Shown here piece after piece: positions 45,340-50,171 of a stretch of 50,171 nt of DNA. A model generated the notes under the pieces. It was not told where the DNA came from. It searched no databases and saw nothing but the letters and a program-made list of their open reading frames with translations. The position numbers and the translations under genes were made by a program. Origin of the DNA: Myxococcales bacterium (GTDB lineage: Bacteria; Myxococcota_A; Polyangia; Polyangiales; Polyangiaceae); contig JANXLV010000011.1 in NCBI GenBank assembly GCA_025355005.1, positions 1 through 50,171 of the forward strand. The letters are read 5' to 3'. The first letter of the stretch is position 1. Each line of letters opens with the position of its first letter.

Positions 45340-46946
45340 TCCCTTCACGCCCACGATGATGACGTATGCACCGCGTCGCCGCTTCTCCACCGTGAGGCCC
45401 AGGCGCTGGAGCTCCGCCGCGTAGTCGCGATCGAGCGCGGCCCCGAGCAACACGCGGTTCACGCCGACATAGAAGGGACGAAGCCACGCCCACGCCCCGC
45501 GTCGCTCGATCTCCTGTTCCAGCACCACGAAACGCCCGCCCTCTCGAAGAAGGCTCGCGGCGCGCGCGCTGGCCTCGCGCCAGTGCGGCATCACGCTGAG
45601 CGCGAACGAACAGATCACCGCATCCGCGCGGGTCTCGGGTAGCGGTGCCTCCGCGCCGTCGCCCTCCACTGCGACGAAGGTGAGGCCCGCGCGACGTGCG
45701 TTGCGCGCTGCGACCGCAAGTGAACGGCCGCTGGGGTCCACACCAACAACGAGCGCCCCGGGCAGCGCGCGTCCCAGCAGCGAGAAATGAAAGCCCGTCC
45801 CGCAGCCAAGATCGAGCACCGTCCTGGGCTCGGCCGAGGTCGCGGAGTCGGTGTCAAGGAGCGCGAGGATCGCCTCGCCACGCACGCGGTTCTCGAAGAA
45901 GAGCAGCCGCGAGACGAGATCGTAGAAGGGCGCGCCCACGTCGTACACGCTGGGCCACGAAAGCTTCCAGAGCGCCGCGATTGCCGGCACCACGCCGAAC
46001 ACCACGAGCACCAGCAGGACCAGACGGCCGTTCGCCCACGCAGAGGGCAGCGACGCCGCGAGCGTTCCACCCGCGCCGAGGACGAGCACGTGGAACATGG
46101 GGAACGTTCGCCCCATCGTGCAGAGGGCGCGCGCATCCGTGGCAGCACGTACGGTGAGGCGACCTGCGCGCACCGCGAGCGGCAGCAAAACGAGCGCGAC
46201 GAGACCTGCGCCGCGTGGCAACACGCCGAGCGCCGCGAGCAGCACCAGGGAGAGCACGGACGCCGCGACCGCGACGTAAGCGATCCACGCCGCAGTGGCC
46301 GCGCCGATCTTCACGACCAGGGTGCGCTTGCCCGCGCGCGCGTCGTCCTCGCGATCGACGATGTTGTGCGAGAGCCCCATCGCGAGCTCCACCAGGCCAA
46401 ACGGTATGCCCACGGCAAACGCACGCGCGTCGAGCCGACCCGTGGCCACCACCCACGCCTCCGCTGCCATCAACGGACCCATCACGAGCCCTTGCAGCAC
46501 CTCGCCGAGGCCACGATACGAGAGGCGCAGCGGCGGCATGGACCAGAACGCCCCGCAGACGGCGCCGACCACGCCAACGACAAGCCCGCCTTCACGGGTC
46601 CACGCGTACGTGATGTGCGCGAAGAGCACCGTAGCGAGCGCGCCGATCGCAAATGCAGCATGTTTCACGGCACGCGGTGGCAGTGCGCCTTCCGCCAGCG
46701 CGCCGCTTCCGCCCGTCCATGTCTGGGCGCCGTCCTTGCGCTTGTGCGCTCCCTGCACGAAGTCGTAGTAGCCGTCCGCGAGCTCGAGTGCGGCCTGCGA
46801 CAGGACGAGCATCAGGGTGCTGGCGGCGAACCATGTAAGATGCACGGATCTCCCGCTCCACGCAGCCACGGCGGCGGAGGCGCACCACACGAGCAGGCTG
46901 TCGAGCTGGAACTCGAGCCTGAGCACGCGCCACCACGCGTGGCGTG

Positions 46947-46950
<4 letters not shown>
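45325..46950 (-). CDS. Fusion of UbiA-family prenyltransferase (N-terminal, polytopic) and class I SAM-dependent methyltransferase (C-terminal)
   Basis: GTG start forming a GTGA overlap with the kinase stop. UbiA-type motif NIVDREDDARAGKRTLVVKIG within ~9 TM helices. MTase motif I VLDLGCGTGFH and post-I/II motifs. Confidence 0.7.
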
Positions 46951-48377
<1,427 letters not shown>

Positions 48378-48439
48378 ATGGGGGGGTGGCGACGAAAAGG
48401 TTTGAATGAGGCTGAAAATAAGCAGATTGTTGAGATGCC

Positions 48440-49894
48440 ATGAAACATCGCTCCACCCTCATCTTCATCGCGTCCATCATCTCGCCCCTTCCGTTCGTGG
48501 CGTGTGATGACGCAAACACGGATGCCGCGAAGGATGGTGGCAGCGACGGGACGACGGCCCAGTCCGACGGCTCCGTGCTTCCCGCTGATGACGCTGGCCT
48601 GCCCGACAACTACATTCCTAACCAGGACGCCGGGCAAGATGCCGGTCAGGACGCGGGCCCGCCCACCACCGCCACGGTGATCGTCACCAAGGGCGGAGCG
48701 CCGGACGTTGGCGTCACGGTGGTGTTCGAGGACGCAGCCGGATCGCTGGTGGGGTCCGTCGTCACTGGCGCGGCTGGCAAGGCCACGAACACCGTCACGG
48801 CCGGCAGTCAGCTGACCGTGGCGCTCGGCGCGGCAGGTTCGCGCCAGCTAATCACCTACCTGGGTGTGAAGCCGGGCGACGTGATCAATGTCGCGGAGCG
48901 GGTCTCGCGTGATCTCTCCATCACGCAAACCGTGTTCGGAGGTGGTGGAGGCGACACGATCGTCGCAGGCAATCTCAACTGTTCCACCAACGCGCTCTCC
49001 ACGGGGAGCGTCGTCGGCATCACCCTCACACCCGATTGCATCAGCGGCGCCACGTTCCCGATCCTCTCGCAGCTCTATCAAGGCGGCAGCTACTACAGCT
49101 TCAAGAAGGCAAACGCGCTCGCGGCCGCTGGAACAACGAACATCTCCGGCCTGTCGGCGTGGGTCCTCGGCACCGCGTTCACCATGAACGTCTCCAACGC
49201 GCCGAACGGCGGCGGCGTGAACGTCCTGCTCGGTCAGATCGCGAACAACCAGTCGTACGCGACGTCACCGGACAACGCGTTCTCGCTCATGGGGGGCGCG
49301 GGCACCGCGAACTTCACCACCGCCACGGGCTATCCGGACGCGTTCCAGGGCGAGATCCAGTTCAACTCGTTCGTCGCCGGCGGCTTCACGCAGACGACGA
49401 CATTCGCAAAGCGCATCGCGAGCGGCGTGGCCGTCCAGGCGCTCGATCTCACCGCTGGTCTCCTCCCCGGACTGACGGCGCCCATGACCTCGGCGCCAGG
49501 CGCGCGCCCGGTGATCTCGTGGACGGCCGCGGCTTCGCTTGCCGGTACTGACAGCGGCGTCGTGGACATCTCGTTCCTGCAACCCGTCGATGGTGGTGGC
49601 AACGAGAACGTCGAATGGACGTTCATCGTGCCGCCTGGAACACTCTCGGTCACGGCGCCGCAGCTGCCTGCGCAGCTCGCCGCGTTCCAGCCTTCCGCCG
49701 CATCGGTGCTCGGCACGCCGAACGTCGCGTTCTTCGAGAGCGACCTCATCGCGAGCTACGACGTGGTCCGCCAGCAGGCCGGTGCGTTCGGTCTCACCCG
49801 CGTGCCGGTCGGCGCCTTCTCCAACATCCAGTCGCCAGCGCTCCCGGCAGCAGGCACCCTACGGATCACGGCCGTCACCCCCGGCGGCGGTTAG
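48440..49894 (+). CDS. Secreted lipoprotein, Gly/Thr/Ala-rich, unknown function
   Basis: Signal peptide plus lipobox FVAC-DD. DAGQDAGQDAG repeat. Beta-rich body of 484 aa. Confidence 0.6.
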   Translation: MKHRSTLIFIASIISPLPFVACDDANTDAAKDGGSDGTTAQSDGSVLPADDAGLPDNYIPNQDAGQDAGQDAGPPTTATVIVTKGGAPDVGVTVVFEDAAGSLVGSVVTGAAGKATNTVTAGSQLTVALGAAGSRQLITYLGVKPGDVINVAERVSRDLSITQTVFGGGGGDTIVAGNLNCSTNALSTGSVVGITLTPDCISGATFPILSQLYQGGSYYSFKKANALAAAGTTNISGLSAWVLGTAFTMNVSNAPNGGGVNVLLGQIANNQSYATSPDNAFSLMGGAGTANFTTATGYPDAFQGEIQFNSFVAGGFTQTTTFAKRIASGVAVQALDLTAGLLPGLTAPMTSAPGARPVISWTAAASLAGTDSGVVDISFLQPVDGGGNENVEWTFIVPPGTLSVTAPQLPAQLAAFQPSAASVLGTPNVAFFESDLIASYDVVRQQAGAFGLTRVPVGAFSNIQSPALPAAGTLRITAVTPGGG

Positions 49895-50171
49895 AAGGCT
49901 GCTGTTTTTCGCCGATAGCTTCGCGCTGGCCGCGCTTTTCCCTGCGCTGCGTCCTCACGGCCGGAAGGCTCATGATTCGTCGGATCTTCGAGCCGCGTTG
50001 AGGGAGAACCGTGAATCGCATTGGCGGTGGGCGCCCGCATGTCCGGCCTGTGCGCGCATCGCGTCGTCCGCAGCCGTGGACTCGATCGGGGGCGCGACGG
50101 CTGGCGAGGTTGTTTCGTGCCGATCCGACTTTGTCCGAGCTCGCCCCCACCCGTGGACTCGTTCGCGACGA

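Noticed and set aside
49875-50150. 91-aa minus-strand ORF at the window end
   Set aside because: Arg-rich, no RBS or motif, and partially overlapping the lipoprotein gene end. Insufficient support.

Overview
This 50 kb window is high-GC (~70%) bacterial chromosomal DNA. Gene content and sequence style (many lipoproteins, a Ser/Thr kinase, an FGE-like protein, GldG-type ABC genes, DUF1552/DUF1588-like secreted proteins) fit a myxobacterium or other deltaproteobacterium. I support about 45 protein-coding genes and found no rRNA, tRNA, CRISPR array or transposase/integrase. Housekeeping anchors: rpmI-rplT-pheS-pheT; a phosphoglucomutase-family gene; a fused 5-oxoprolinase PxpA-PxpB gene with PxpC; a Fur-family regulator; MTHFS; a histidine kinase/OmpR-type regulator pair; an ABC-2 (GldA/F/G-like) transporter; and two Opp-like permeases. 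Accessory content worth a second look: (1) a clear major vault protein (MVP) homolog co-transcribed with an orphan Dam-type methyltransferase; (2) an apparent operon: small Gly/Cys-tailed lipoprotein (DUF4266-like), 768-aa TPR + beta-barrel outer-membrane protein (DUF3570-like), diheme c-type cytochrome lipoprotein, CX4CH lipoprotein - possibly a porin-cytochrome-type envelope module; (3) a planctomycete-style secreted operon of CXXCH proteins with a TAT-dependent DUF1552-like partner; (4) a rhomboid-like protein that appears catalytically dead, with a zinc ribbon, upstream of an intramembrane-sensing two-component system; (5) a tail-anchored Ser/Thr kinase whose stop overlaps the start of a UbiA-prenyltransferase/SAM-methyltransferase fusion. 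There are several short tandem repeats, including one that encodes an (ST)n/(SP)n linker, and three GTGA start/stop overlaps. The many long antisense ORFs in the six-frame track are high-GC artefacts and were rejected. Most start coordinates come from codon arithmetic on the ORF track. Coordinates of non-ORF features were hand-indexed and may be off by 1-2 nt.
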